NCBI GenBank assembly: GCA_965203305.1 | Contig: OZ241874.1 | Location: 3,697,687-3,761,686, forward strand | DNA: 64,000 nt | Source of the DNA: Rhodothermales bacterium | GTDB lineage: Bacteria; Bacteroidota; Rhodothermia; Rhodothermales; Bin80 | Reading direction: 5' to 3' | Shown: positions 19,016 to 29,658 of the stretch, piece after piece | Layout of the letters: every line of letters begins with the position of its first letter | Numbering within the stretch: position 1 is the first letter of the stretch | The notes under the pieces: model-generated | The model's database searches: none | What the model saw: only the letters and a program-made list of their open reading frames with translations | Told to the model about the DNA's origin: nothing | Position numbers and translations under genes: made by a program

Positions 19016-20155
19016 CCCGATCTCTTCATCGCGCAATCTGGCCTCCCGAATCCGACCGGCTTTTTCTGTCAGGTAGTCATACAGGGAGGGGATGGGGATT
19101 GTGTAGGAGTCCTTGTAGCGGTGGAGAACGCCTTTCGACACCGCCTTCTCAAACCCTGCTTTCCCCAGGTACCGTATAATGCCCGCCTCGCTGAGTCCCT
19201 TTCTCGCTCGAGGGCTGCGGAACATCTCCTCCAGACGGAGAACATGATCATCTTTCAGCCCTTTCGTCCGGGCTTCATAGTATTCCAGGCGTTCTTCCCG
19301 CCCAGTCTCAATGACGATACGCAGCAACTCCGGGGTCATCCTCCCACCGTTTTCCTTAAGTATCTGTCCGGCATTCCGGGCATAGGAATCAACATGTCTG
19401 GGCCACAGATACGTTTCTTGGGTGATGGCATCAATCCACGCGGTGGTGTCTCCCTTTGCCTTCCCTGCCCCAAGCCAGTCATCTATCACGGCTCTTTCTT
19501 CTTCCTTTTTCAGGGGTTGCATGTCAAACCTGCATCGTGCAGCCAACCGGGATATCCCCAGTGATCTGAATGCCTCATCGGTCATCCCCAGTCCACCAGC
19601 GAGGAGTATCACGGGCTTCCCCAACTCTCCATTGTGAATCTCCGTCAGAAGATCGCTGACCTCGTCTTTGTACGGTCCATTGATATTTTTGCTTTCTCCC
19701 ATACGCTGGGCCTCGTCCAGAATCAAGAGGAGCGGGTCCTTTATTTTCTGGATCAGGCTCTTGGGGGTGACCTTCGGGGTGGCTTTTTTTGTCGTTCGTG
19801 ATAGCCCCCCTTCGAGGGATGCCCCAAAGTATTCCACTTTCCCGCCACCCCCGGTGGTTTTTTCTGTGGTGATCTCTTTCTTCTTCATCCCCAGACACTC
19901 CGCCATCGAGTCTGGATCCCACAAGGCCGTGACGACAAGTTTTCGGACCTCCCACTTCTCTCTCTTTGCCTTCTTCCAGCATTCGGCCAGCAGGGCCGAC
20001 TTGCCGATCCCCGGCGGCCCTTGCACAAGGAAGATGGTCCCTTCGTTATTTTTTTTGTCGTCCCGCAGCCTGTTCTCAAAGCTGTCCAGTATGGGGGTGC
20101 GCCCGTGGAAGTAGGGGGTGGCTCCACGGTCTGTGGATTTTCGAAGCGGGTCCAT
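18761..20155 (-). CDS. ORC/Cdc6-like (AAA_16-type, STAND-related) P-loop ATPase with a Pro/Glu/Ser-rich C-terminal tail
   Basis: FHGRTPILDSFENRL followed by Walker A (GPPGIGKS) and Walker B (LLLILDEAQ). The C-terminal part is helical and wHTH-like. The low-complexity tail is shared with the paralog at 1..525. Confidence 0.75.
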   Translation of the reverse strand: MDPLRKSTDRGATPYFHGRTPILDSFENRLRDDKKNNEGTIFLVQGPPGIGKSALLAECWKKAKREKWEVRKLVVTALWDPDSMAECLGMKKKEITTEKTTGGGGKVEYFGASLEGGLSRTTKKATPKVTPKSLIQKIKDPLLLILDEAQRMGESKNINGPYKDEVSDLLTEIHNGELGKPVILLAGGLGMTDEAFRSLGISRLAARCRFDMQPLKKEEERAVIDDWLGAGKAKGDTTAWIDAITQETYLWPRHVDSYARNAGQILKENGGRMTPELLRIVIETGREERLEYYEARTKGLKDDHVLRLEEMFRSPRARKGLSEAGIIRYLGKAGFEKAVSKGVLHRYKDSYTIPIPSLYDYLTEKAGRIREARLRDEEIGKQRQASRHPTRDVSGQQPESKDQSEAEGPQKEAGNHIPDSPSPEKEEGKEPTIRKSEKDNSGQEPPPGRDPSNSDRDTDMGMER

Positions 20156-20214
20156 GGTTCCTGCCGTAACTGGTCAAAAAAAGACTACCCTTCGGAGCAC
20201 AGTCTGTTCCCGCA

Positions 20215-20242
20215 CTTGCGGATTTTGCGGGATAAATCCCAA
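20215..20242. repeat. Third copy of the 28-nt hairpin motif, upstream of the ATPase and inverted relative to copy 2
   Basis: cttgcggattttgcgggataaatcccaa is 27/28 identical to 531-558. The preceding ttcccgc is also shared with copy 2. Confidence 0.8.
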
Positions 20243-20249
20243 ATAAATA

Positions 20250-22118
20250 GTGTCTGTCCGAAAACACGGGATATATGGGTTTGCGCTGGTTCCTGTGCGC
20301 ATTTTTGGGGATATTTCTTTTCTAAAGAAGTCCACTTTTTGGGGGATATGATCGTATAAGCCCTGAAACCCGTTCATCTTTTTCCTTTTGCTGAGATGAG
20401 AAAAGTCATTGAACCTCAACTTGAGATTGGATGGAAGCCTCTGGAAGAGATCACGCTGCCCCTTCACAATCGGGATGATTTCTATCTGTGCATGACGGCC
20501 ATTTTGCATCTTTACCATGATGTTTTGCTGCGTGCGCGTCTGTTTTCCCGGTTGGCGGAGATTTTTCCTGCGGGGGTTCGGACGGATCGGGGGCGTCCGG
20601 GGATGTTTGCATGGCGCATCTTCGTGCTGGGGGTGCTGAAGCAGGTTCTTCGGTGCGACTATCAGAGACTGGCCATGCTGGCCACGGAAGTGCAGGTTTT
20701 GCGACAGATTCTGTTCCATTCCGAATTTGACGATACGGTCTACTGTCCGCAGACCTTGCAGGACAATCTTTCTCTTCTGACCTCCGAGATTCTGGCAGAA
20801 TTCATTCAAATGGTGGCAGAGTGCGGACAGAAGGTGGCGGGAAAGCAGGAGGGGGAGGTGTTGCAGGGGCGGTGCGATTCCAAGGTGTGCAAGACCAATG
20901 TGGAGTTTCCCTCTGATCTGCGCCTTCTTCGGGATTCTGTCTGCGGGGGACTTCGGGAATGTGCCAAAACCGCGGATGCGCTGGATGTACCGGGCTGGCA
21001 GCAGATACAGCATCTGATGAAGACGGTAGAGAAGGCCCACAAGCCGGTATGTATCGCCAGGAAATACAAATCCCGTCCGGGCAAGGTTCGCTATTTCTTG
21101 CGTCTGTGTCGGAAGCGGGGCAGAAAAGTAGTGGACTTTCTGCGGAACCTGCATGACAGGAAAACAGAGCTGGAGCGGAAACAGGCAACGGGTTCGCTCA
21201 CCAAGGCGGAAGAGAAGATGCTGAACACCGTGCTCCGTGCGATGCAGCGAATCTATTCTTTTCTGGGGTATATGGCGGTATTGCACGATCAGGTGCGTCG
21301 TCGGGTCTTGCATGGAGAGAAGATTCCGCATCGTGAGAAGATATTTTCGATCACCAAGCCGTTTACCCGCTGGATCGTGAAAGGGAAAGAAGGGGTGCTG
21401 TGCGAGTTGGGGGTTCCGGTGGCGATTATAGAAGATCAGTACCCGTTTATTCTGGGGCATGAGATTCTGTGGACGGGGACGGACAAGGATGTGGCGGTCT
21501 CGCTCACGGGGAGCGTGCAGGAGCAGTTTCCTTCCCTGCGTGAATGTTCGTATGATCGGGGTTTTTACAGTCCGGAGGTTCGGGAGAAGTTGGATGAGAT
21601 GCTGGATGTGAATGCGATGCCGAAGAAAGGGAGGATGACGAAGGAAGAGCAGGAGCGGCAAAGCGATCCTGCCTTCCAGCGCGCAAGGAAACGCCATCCG
21701 GGCGTGGAATCCGCGCTGAACAACCTGGATCATCGGGGCTGGAATCTGGTGCGGGAAACAAGCCGGGAAGGCTTTGCCCGAGTCGTAGCGACCGCTATTC
21801 TGGCCGCCAATGTCCACCGACTGGGGAGGCTGCTCCGGGAACAGGAGATCATCAAGAAAGCGAAACGACGACGAAAGCTCGCCGCATAGGCGTGCATCCC
21901 CCCTTTCTTGCGGATTGACGAGGTGCCAAATTCAGGTGAATGCCAGAGGTACGTCCGATTCCTGCGAAGGAGGCACAAATGTACACCAATTCCCCCAAAA
22001 TCCGCCCTCAAAACGGGAAGAATCTCCCCACTCCAGTCCATTTTGCGTCCAATATGACAGGAGATCTGCCCCGCCCCTGTTGCCAGTTCCCGAAAATCGG
22101 CAATTTTCGGATGGACAC
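20250..22118 (+). mobile_element. Insertion sequence, ISNCY-family-like, 1869 bp, single transposase ORF
   Basis: Terminal inverted repeats GTGTCTGTCCGAAAA (20250-20264) and TTTTCGGATGGACAC (22104-22118) match at 13/15. They are flanked by the direct repeat TAAATA (20244-20249 and 22119-22124). Confidence 0.75.
20396..21889 (+). CDS. DDE transposase (ISNCY-family-like)
   Basis: N-terminus MRKVIEPQLEIGW...RGRPGMFAWRIFVLGVLKQVLRCDYQRLAMLA resembles ISNCY-type transposases as I recall them. Candidate catalytic segments are CDSKVCKTNVEFPSD, SYDRGFYS and HPGVESALNNL. Confidence 0.75.
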   Translation: MRKVIEPQLEIGWKPLEEITLPLHNRDDFYLCMTAILHLYHDVLLRARLFSRLAEIFPAGVRTDRGRPGMFAWRIFVLGVLKQVLRCDYQRLAMLATEVQVLRQILFHSEFDDTVYCPQTLQDNLSLLTSEILAEFIQMVAECGQKVAGKQEGEVLQGRCDSKVCKTNVEFPSDLRLLRDSVCGGLRECAKTADALDVPGWQQIQHLMKTVEKAHKPVCIARKYKSRPGKVRYFLRLCRKRGRKVVDFLRNLHDRKTELERKQATGSLTKAEEKMLNTVLRAMQRIYSFLGYMAVLHDQVRRRVLHGEKIPHREKIFSITKPFTRWIVKGKEGVLCELGVPVAIIEDQYPFILGHEILWTGTDKDVAVSLTGSVQEQFPSLRECSYDRGFYSPEVREKLDEMLDVNAMPKKGRMTKEEQERQSDPAFQRARKRHPGVESALNNLDHRGWNLVRETSREGFARVVATAILAANVHRLGRLLREQEIIKKAKRRRKLAA

Positions 22119-22363
22119 TAAATAGTGTCTCCAAAGGAAGTATAGAGGTGGTCAGGTACGATCCGTGGATCCCGAATACGGCAGAATGTGCTGATTTCTG
22201 GACCAATTGGTGCAGGCAGAAGTCATGTGGACTGCACTTTAGCCCACCAGCTTCATCCAGAGGATATTTGAAGCGTCTGTTACCAGCATCAGCAACTCCC
22301 GGACCTGCATGCGAAGATCATGCCCACGCTTTTAGATCCCATCGTTAGCAGAGTTGCTGGCCG

Positions 22364-22858
22364 TCAGGAAGATTCGTATACGACATTTACCTCAGTCCAG
22401 CTTGACTGATCCTCCTTCATGTATCGATTTACGATCTCTGATACCTCTGCAGGAATTTCAGCAGTGACCTCTCTGTCTGGTATCCTGTTCAGAATTTCCT
22501 GCACCCATGTACGCTGCAGAAGCTCATCCGTAATGTGCTGTGCGATGTACGGATACTCCCTCAAGAGTTCTTTTTCACTAATCGTGCCAAAGTCAATCTT
22601 GATCCGCGTGATGCGATCATGGGTGAGCCTCGCCCGAAAGGTCGCCCTCATCTTATAGGACCGCAGGATCGTCAGAATTGTCCTCGTCGAAATGGCAAGC
22701 ACAACTACCTGCATGTCCAAGTCAGGCAGAGTTATAGATACGTCCCTGAGATCGTCCCGATAGAACATGTGCCTGGCGGCATCCATGAACGGGGAAAAGT
22801 CGTCATATGGGCTGGCTATGGCTAGGGCATCCTTGCCTAAGCGATCTTTTTCTGGCAT
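22364..22858 (-). CDS. Hypothetical protein (164 aa)
   Basis: Clean ORF with ordinary composition. Same strand as the ATPase cassette and separated from it by the IS. No motif recognised. Confidence 0.4.
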   Translation of the reverse strand: MPEKDRLGKDALAIASPYDDFSPFMDAARHMFYRDDLRDVSITLPDLDMQVVVLAISTRTILTILRSYKMRATFRARLTHDRITRIKIDFGTISEKELLREYPYIAQHITDELLQRTWVQEILNRIPDREVTAEIPAEVSEIVNRYMKEDQSSWTEVNVVYESS

Positions 22859-22955
22859 CCGCTTTGGAGTGTCTTTGAGAATAGGTTCCTTCTACAAATA
22901 TAGTAGAAACAGTCTGAAATCTGGCAGTTCCTGCAGGTCTTGAATTCGCTGGTTG

Positions 22956-23948
22956 CTACCCTCCGCCTAACGCGCCCGTCTGGGCTGCGGCTGCGCTCCT
23001 CGTCATATCTCCCTGCACAATCTCTGTAATCTCATACGGATAGCTGTTCTTCATGCGACCCCGCAAAATGAGATCTCCCAGAAATCCCGTGCACATGAAC
23101 TGCACCCCAACCATGATGAGCAGTACTCCCAGCAGGAGGGACGGACGGTCTCCAACCGGATTGTTATAGAAAATCTTGTCCATCGTAATCCACAGGCTGA
23201 TCACAAAACCGCCCAGAAATGCCAAAAGCCCCATGGACCCAAAAAAATGCATGGGCCTGGATCCAAAACGGGTCAGAAAACTCACCGTCAGCAAATCCAG
23301 ACACCCCCGAATATAGCGCTCAATCCCGAACTTGGATCTGCCATACTGCCGCTCCCGATGGTTCACCCGACACTCCCCAATACGGGTAAATCCCTCCCAT
23401 TTCGCAAGCAGCGGAAGATAACGGTGCATCTCCCCATAAATCCTGACAGATTTGACTACCTCAAGCCGATAAGCCTTCAAGCCACAATTAAAATCGTGCA
23501 GCGCAATGCCGGACACGATCCGTGTAACCAGGTTGAAAAAACGGCTGGGAAAAGTCTTGGTCCAAGGATCTTTGCGAACCTGTTTCCAGCCACTCACCAG
23601 ATCCCGTCCCTCATCAATGGCCGCCACAAGAGACGGAATCTCTCGGGGATCATCCTGCAGATCCGCATCCATCGTAATCACAACACGGGCATCCACATGC
23701 GCAAACCCCGCCGCCAGTGCTGCGCTCTTGCCATAATTGCGCCGGAATCGAATCCCCCTGAATCGCATGTCTGCCTCGCACCGGCGAAGGATTCCCGCCC
23801 AGGAATCGTCCTGTGAACCGTCGTCAATGAACCATACTTCAAAGTCTAGTTCGGCCTCCCTGCAACTGTCTCGTATCTCATCCGCAAGGATGGCAATAGA
23901 GGCCTCCTCCTCAAAGACCGGAACAACGATGCCGACAGCCGGGCGCAT
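22956..23948 (-). CDS. Family-2 glycosyltransferase (polyprenyl-phosphate sugar transferase, DPM1/ArnC/GtrB-like) with C-terminal TM helices
   Basis: VVPVFEEE, IDDGSQDDS and the TMDADLQDDP DxD segment. Two C-terminal hydrophobic helices. Confidence 0.85.
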   Translation of the reverse strand: MRPAVGIVVPVFEEEASIAILADEIRDSCREAELDFEVWFIDDGSQDDSWAGILRRCEADMRFRGIRFRRNYGKSAALAAGFAHVDARVVITMDADLQDDPREIPSLVAAIDEGRDLVSGWKQVRKDPWTKTFPSRFFNLVTRIVSGIALHDFNCGLKAYRLEVVKSVRIYGEMHRYLPLLAKWEGFTRIGECRVNHRERQYGRSKFGIERYIRGCLDLLTVSFLTRFGSRPMHFFGSMGLLAFLGGFVISLWITMDKIFYNNPVGDRPSLLLGVLLIMVGVQFMCTGFLGDLILRGRMKNSYPYEITEIVQGDMTRSAAAAQTGALGGG

Positions 23949-23954
23949 GAGCCG

Positions 23955-26012
<2,058 letters not shown>

Positions 26013-26186
26013 TCAAGACTCTGTATCAAAACCGCCTTTCAGGCACATGAATCTCCTGTGTTGTACTACAGAACCTGCATCTGCAACCTGCAAAATTCCT
26101 CAATTGCTCACTGAGGCTATACCAACCATTCAGCACCGGAATAGTTCCTGCAGATGATGGCGGCAGAGGAGGGGAATCCCCTGCAG

Positions 26187-27533
26187 TTATGTCCCTGAGA
26201 GCATCTCCAGTCCTTTATGCGGTGCCAGAAAGCGTTCCAGCTCTCCTGACTGATCACGCGTAATGCGGAAGTGTACACGAAGAGCATCCTCCCGGACGGG
26301 TGTTCCATTCCTTTGGACCTGGACCAGTTCCTGGTCAACAACCTCCCCCAGCCGCTGCACCGCTGCAAGTGTGCGCCCGTCCGTTACTGGAATGAGTACA
26401 GAGCCTTCTATTTGTGCCCCCCGAACCATCTGCTCCAGTTGACTCTTCAGCGTATTCAGTCCGATTCCGCGGAGTGCCGCAATCTGGACCGCATCGGGAT
26501 ACTCGAGCCGCAGTGCAGACAGGGTTTCGGCAGGAGATGCAAGAGCATCAATCTTGTTCAGAACCAGCAGAGTGGGAATTTCCAGTGCACCAATTTCATG
26601 CAGTGTCTGGCGAACCACCGTCATCTGGTCTTCAAAGTGCGGATGCGCGGCACTCACCACATGAAGCAATACATCGCTTTGACGGACTTCATCCAGAGTG
26701 CTCTTGAAGCTTTCAATCAGCTTGTGCGGCAGTTTCCGAATAAACCCGACTGTATCCGACAGAAGTACTGTGGTCGCTGACGAGAGAGTGCACTGCCTCG
26801 TGGTGGCATCCAGCGTTGCAAAGAGCCGATCCTCTGCCAGCACCCCGCCCTGGGCCAGAGCATTCATGAGTGTGGATTTTCCTGCATTGGTATATCCGAC
26901 CAGTGCAACCCGGCAGTATCTGGCTCTGCGCCGCCGCTGTGTGGTACGCTGCCGATCTATCCGCTGCAAACGCTCCCGAAGCGTGGACATGCGCTGGCTG
27001 ATGAGCCTGCGGTCTGTCTCAATCTGGGTCTCCCCCGGTCCACGTGTGCCAATCCCTCCCTGCTGCCTGGAAAGGTGCGTCCACTGTCTGGTCAGCCGCG
27101 TACGCAGATAGTCCAGCTGTGCCAGCTCCACCTGGGTCTTCGCCACGGCAGTCTGCGCCCGCCTGGCAAAAATGTCCAGAATCAGCTGCGGACGGTCAAT
27201 GAGTTTGCACCCGAGAGATCGCTCCAGATTGCGGATCTGGTTTGGACTCAGTTCATCATCAAACAGAACCGTGTCAATTTTTCCTGCTTGCACAGCCTCC
27301 GCAATCTCCTGAACTTTCCCGGAGCCGATGTAGGTTGCCGGATTGGGACTCTGTAAAGCCTGGGTAATCCGGCCGGATACGGATGCGCCTGCCGTTTCTG
27401 CCAGCTGCTCCAGTTCGTCAAGGGAATCCTGCCTGCTGCCTTTCGTATGGACAGTCCCGACGAGAAGGATGGTTTCCTTCTCAGGCTCGCCAGTGATGTG
27501 CAACTTCCGACTCATGTTCAGCGGGCTCTCCAC
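26187..27533 (-). CDS. hflX: GTPase HflX
   Basis: HflX N-domain (LSPNQIRNLERSLGCKLIDRPQLILDIFARRAQT). GTPase motifs G1 GYTNAGKST, G3 DTVGF and G4 NKID. Confidence 0.9.
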   Translation of the reverse strand: MESPLNMSRKLHITGEPEKETILLVGTVHTKGSRQDSLDELEQLAETAGASVSGRITQALQSPNPATYIGSGKVQEIAEAVQAGKIDTVLFDDELSPNQIRNLERSLGCKLIDRPQLILDIFARRAQTAVAKTQVELAQLDYLRTRLTRQWTHLSRQQGGIGTRGPGETQIETDRRLISQRMSTLRERLQRIDRQRTTQRRRRARYCRVALVGYTNAGKSTLMNALAQGGVLAEDRLFATLDATTRQCTLSSATTVLLSDTVGFIRKLPHKLIESFKSTLDEVRQSDVLLHVVSAAHPHFEDQMTVVRQTLHEIGALEIPTLLVLNKIDALASPAETLSALRLEYPDAVQIAALRGIGLNTLKSQLEQMVRGAQIEGSVLIPVTDGRTLAAVQRLGEVVDQELVQVQRNGTPVREDALRVHFRITRDQSGELERFLAPHKGLEMLSGT

Positions 27534-29548
27534 CGTGCAGCCAGCAGCATCTCGGCAGCCAGCAGCAGAAGCCCCAAGACAAGAAAATGCCGCCAGAGCT
27601 CCAGCCCTGTCCGTGCCTGCCGCATCATGGCAGAAATCTCTCTATGGGAATTCACCTCCATGACTTCAACAGGTGTGCCCAGATCTTCTGCCAGCCTGTC
27701 TGCAGCCTCCTTTCGATAAAGATAGGACAGGCGGGATTCATCTGGATCAAGATCAACCGTGACCAGCCTTGCAGGCATATTGTCCACAAGCACCCTGGCC
27801 ACTCCCGGCAAATCTGACTCGAATTCAATCAGACTCGCGCCAAAGATCTGACGGCTGGCCGGAATCTGTGTCGTGCCATCCGGCATTTCCAGGGTAATCT
27901 GTCCCTGTGTTGCCGGAATCCTGACCGTGCCTTCCTGTCCGACCAGAAACTGCTCTCCCTGTATGGATCCTCCCGCAGAGAGGTACTGCACTGCACGGTA
28001 CATCAGGGGAACAAACAGGCCCCGAACCGGCAGATCGCTCCATGCTGCCTCTGGAGCAACCGCCATGAAGAGTATCCGGCCACGATCATGCTGAATCTCC
28101 TGCAAGAGTGGCGTGCCCCCCGAAAGCGTGATCACTGTCTGTTCCGCTCCGGTTCCCGGTACATATCGTGCAGAACGATAAATGCGCACATCCTCAAGCC
28201 TTTGCACACGCTCCGAAGCTGTAAAAACCCCTTCAAACATCGGGTGCTCAAAGTCTGCCGAAAGGACAGAAGTTTCGGATTCCTGGATGCTGGCCTTTCC
28301 CGCATCAAACGCCGACAGGAGGGCATTTACGGGATTCATGTCCATACCAGGAAAAATCTGCAGTCCGCCCCCATTCTGGACATACTGCTCAAGCTTCACC
28401 ACCTCGCCGCTACTGAGCTCGTCCGGTCCGACGAAAAAGATTGCAGAATACGGGCTGAATGGCGTAGCTGCCAGTTCATGTTGCGGAATTTGGGTTGTAC
28501 GCAGGCCACTGGATTCATTTTCGAGAGAGAGGGCCAGTTCTACATGCATGGTCTGTGCAGCAGTCCCGTGAATCAGAAGGATGTCTCTGCGCTCCGGCAC
28601 ATGAAACGAAAAGTGTCGCTGATTGTCCTCCTCCAGCCCGTCATCTTCTGTCATCACATATCCTGCAATCCATCCCCTGTTCTGCGGCGTTCCCTGGAGC
28701 CGTACACGAGCCGGCACATCCGGCTCAAGAGCGACACTCGCCTGTGCCATCCGTCTGTCTTCCAGATACAAACTCACTGCATAGTCCTCAATAGAAGTTT
28801 CACCATGATTGATCACGGTTGCCTCAACAGTGGCAGGAGTTCCCGGCTGCATGATCTGGCTTGTGACGCGCACATCTGCAATGCCCACATTCGGCCTCGT
28901 TTCTGCCGTTCCTACAGGAACCAGTACCACGCGTACTGCCTCGTCCAGTCCTGTCCGCACAGAATCGCTCCATGTTGCTTGCTGAAGATCTCCCAGATAG
29001 TATACAACCTTGCCTGGATGAGTGCCTTCCCGGACAATAAGCTCTGTTGCCTGGCGTATAACCGAAGCGGCAGACTGTGTCCTGTATGTCAGATTCAGGT
29101 CTTCCATTCTGTGTGCGGGTGCAAGACTGTTTTCATGCAGAATAAAGACCTCATCCCCCGGATCAGTGGACTCCATGATTGACTGCGCAACTGATTTTGC
29201 CTGGGAGAATCGCGTTCCTTCTGCATCTCTCTGCATCATGGACAGAGAAGCATCCAGTACCAGCACTATGGAAACACTTGTGCGCCCCAGAAACTGTGCA
29301 GCTGAAGATCCGACCAGGGTTGGGCGGGCAAAAACAAAAATCAGTGCACACAGTGCCAGTGTTCTCAGAAGCAGAAGCAGCCAGTTGCGTATACGAACCC
29401 GCTGCATGGTCGTGCGCTGCAGGGACTGCAAAAGAGCAAGTGAACTGTAATCCAGTCTCTTCGGCCGGCGAAAGTTGAACAGATGAACGAGCAGGGGAAG
29501 GGCCGCTGCAACCAGTCCGATCAGGACAAGCGGGTTTACAAAAATCAT
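27518..29548 (-). CDS. BatA-like protein with N-terminal double-transmembrane anchor, a vWA-like region and a C-terminal TM helix
   Basis: MIFVNPLVLIGLVAAALPLLVHLFNFRRPKRLDYSSLALL is the typical aerotolerance-type BatA N-terminus. It is followed by IVLVLDASLSM (vWA MIDAS-like). Confidence 0.65.
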   Translation of the reverse strand: MIFVNPLVLIGLVAAALPLLVHLFNFRRPKRLDYSSLALLQSLQRTTMQRVRIRNWLLLLLRTLALCALIFVFARPTLVGSSAAQFLGRTSVSIVLVLDASLSMMQRDAEGTRFSQAKSVAQSIMESTDPGDEVFILHENSLAPAHRMEDLNLTYRTQSAASVIRQATELIVREGTHPGKVVYYLGDLQQATWSDSVRTGLDEAVRVVLVPVGTAETRPNVGIADVRVTSQIMQPGTPATVEATVINHGETSIEDYAVSLYLEDRRMAQASVALEPDVPARVRLQGTPQNRGWIAGYVMTEDDGLEEDNQRHFSFHVPERRDILLIHGTAAQTMHVELALSLENESSGLRTTQIPQHELAATPFSPYSAIFFVGPDELSSGEVVKLEQYVQNGGGLQIFPGMDMNPVNALLSAFDAGKASIQESETSVLSADFEHPMFEGVFTASERVQRLEDVRIYRSARYVPGTGAEQTVITLSGGTPLLQEIQHDRGRILFMAVAPEAAWSDLPVRGLFVPLMYRAVQYLSAGGSIQGEQFLVGQEGTVRIPATQGQITLEMPDGTTQIPASRQIFGASLIEFESDLPGVARVLVDNMPARLVTVDLDPDESRLSYLYRKEAADRLAEDLGTPVEVMEVNSHREISAMMRQARTGLELWRHFLVLGLLLLAAEMLLAARWRAR

Positions 29549-29658
29549 GTGTTGGAAGAGAACGCTGTACAGCGTTGCGTTGCTACAGAAATACGGTCTG
29601 CCGGTTCCGAGAGCAAGTTCGCCCTCTGTGCGTAAAAGCGTCTTTATTTTTCTGCCTC

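Noticed and set aside
531-20242. Could the three copies of the 28-nt motif be a CRISPR array or integron attC sites?
   Set aside because: The copies are 18 kb and 1.5 kb apart and in mixed orientation, so there is no regular repeat-spacer periodicity. The motif lacks the GTTRRRY/RYYYAAC core sites of attC, and no integrase is present.
20174-21817. 547-aa ORF antisense to the IS transposase.
   Set aside because: It lies entirely within the transposase gene on the opposite strand. Its composition is dominated by Pro/Arg/His/Gln/Leu and it has no motifs. This is a typical shadow ORF of a GC-biased coding region.
21907-21916. A fourth, partial copy (cttgcggatt) of the hairpin motif just after the transposase stop codon, inside the IS.
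   Set aside because: Only 10 nt match and the remainder diverges. A 10-mer match in 128 kb of two-strand sequence can occur by chance.
22160-22215. Apparent similarity between 22170-22210 (cccgaatacggcagaatgtgctgatttctggaccaattgg) and the reverse complement of 561-600 (tccgaatgcagaatgcagttgatctaccggaaagaattgg). It hints at a remnant of a third repeat unit.
   Set aside because: By hand, only short collinear blocks match (ccgaat, gcagaatg, aattgg), and gaps are needed. This is too weak to call without a proper alignment and statistics.
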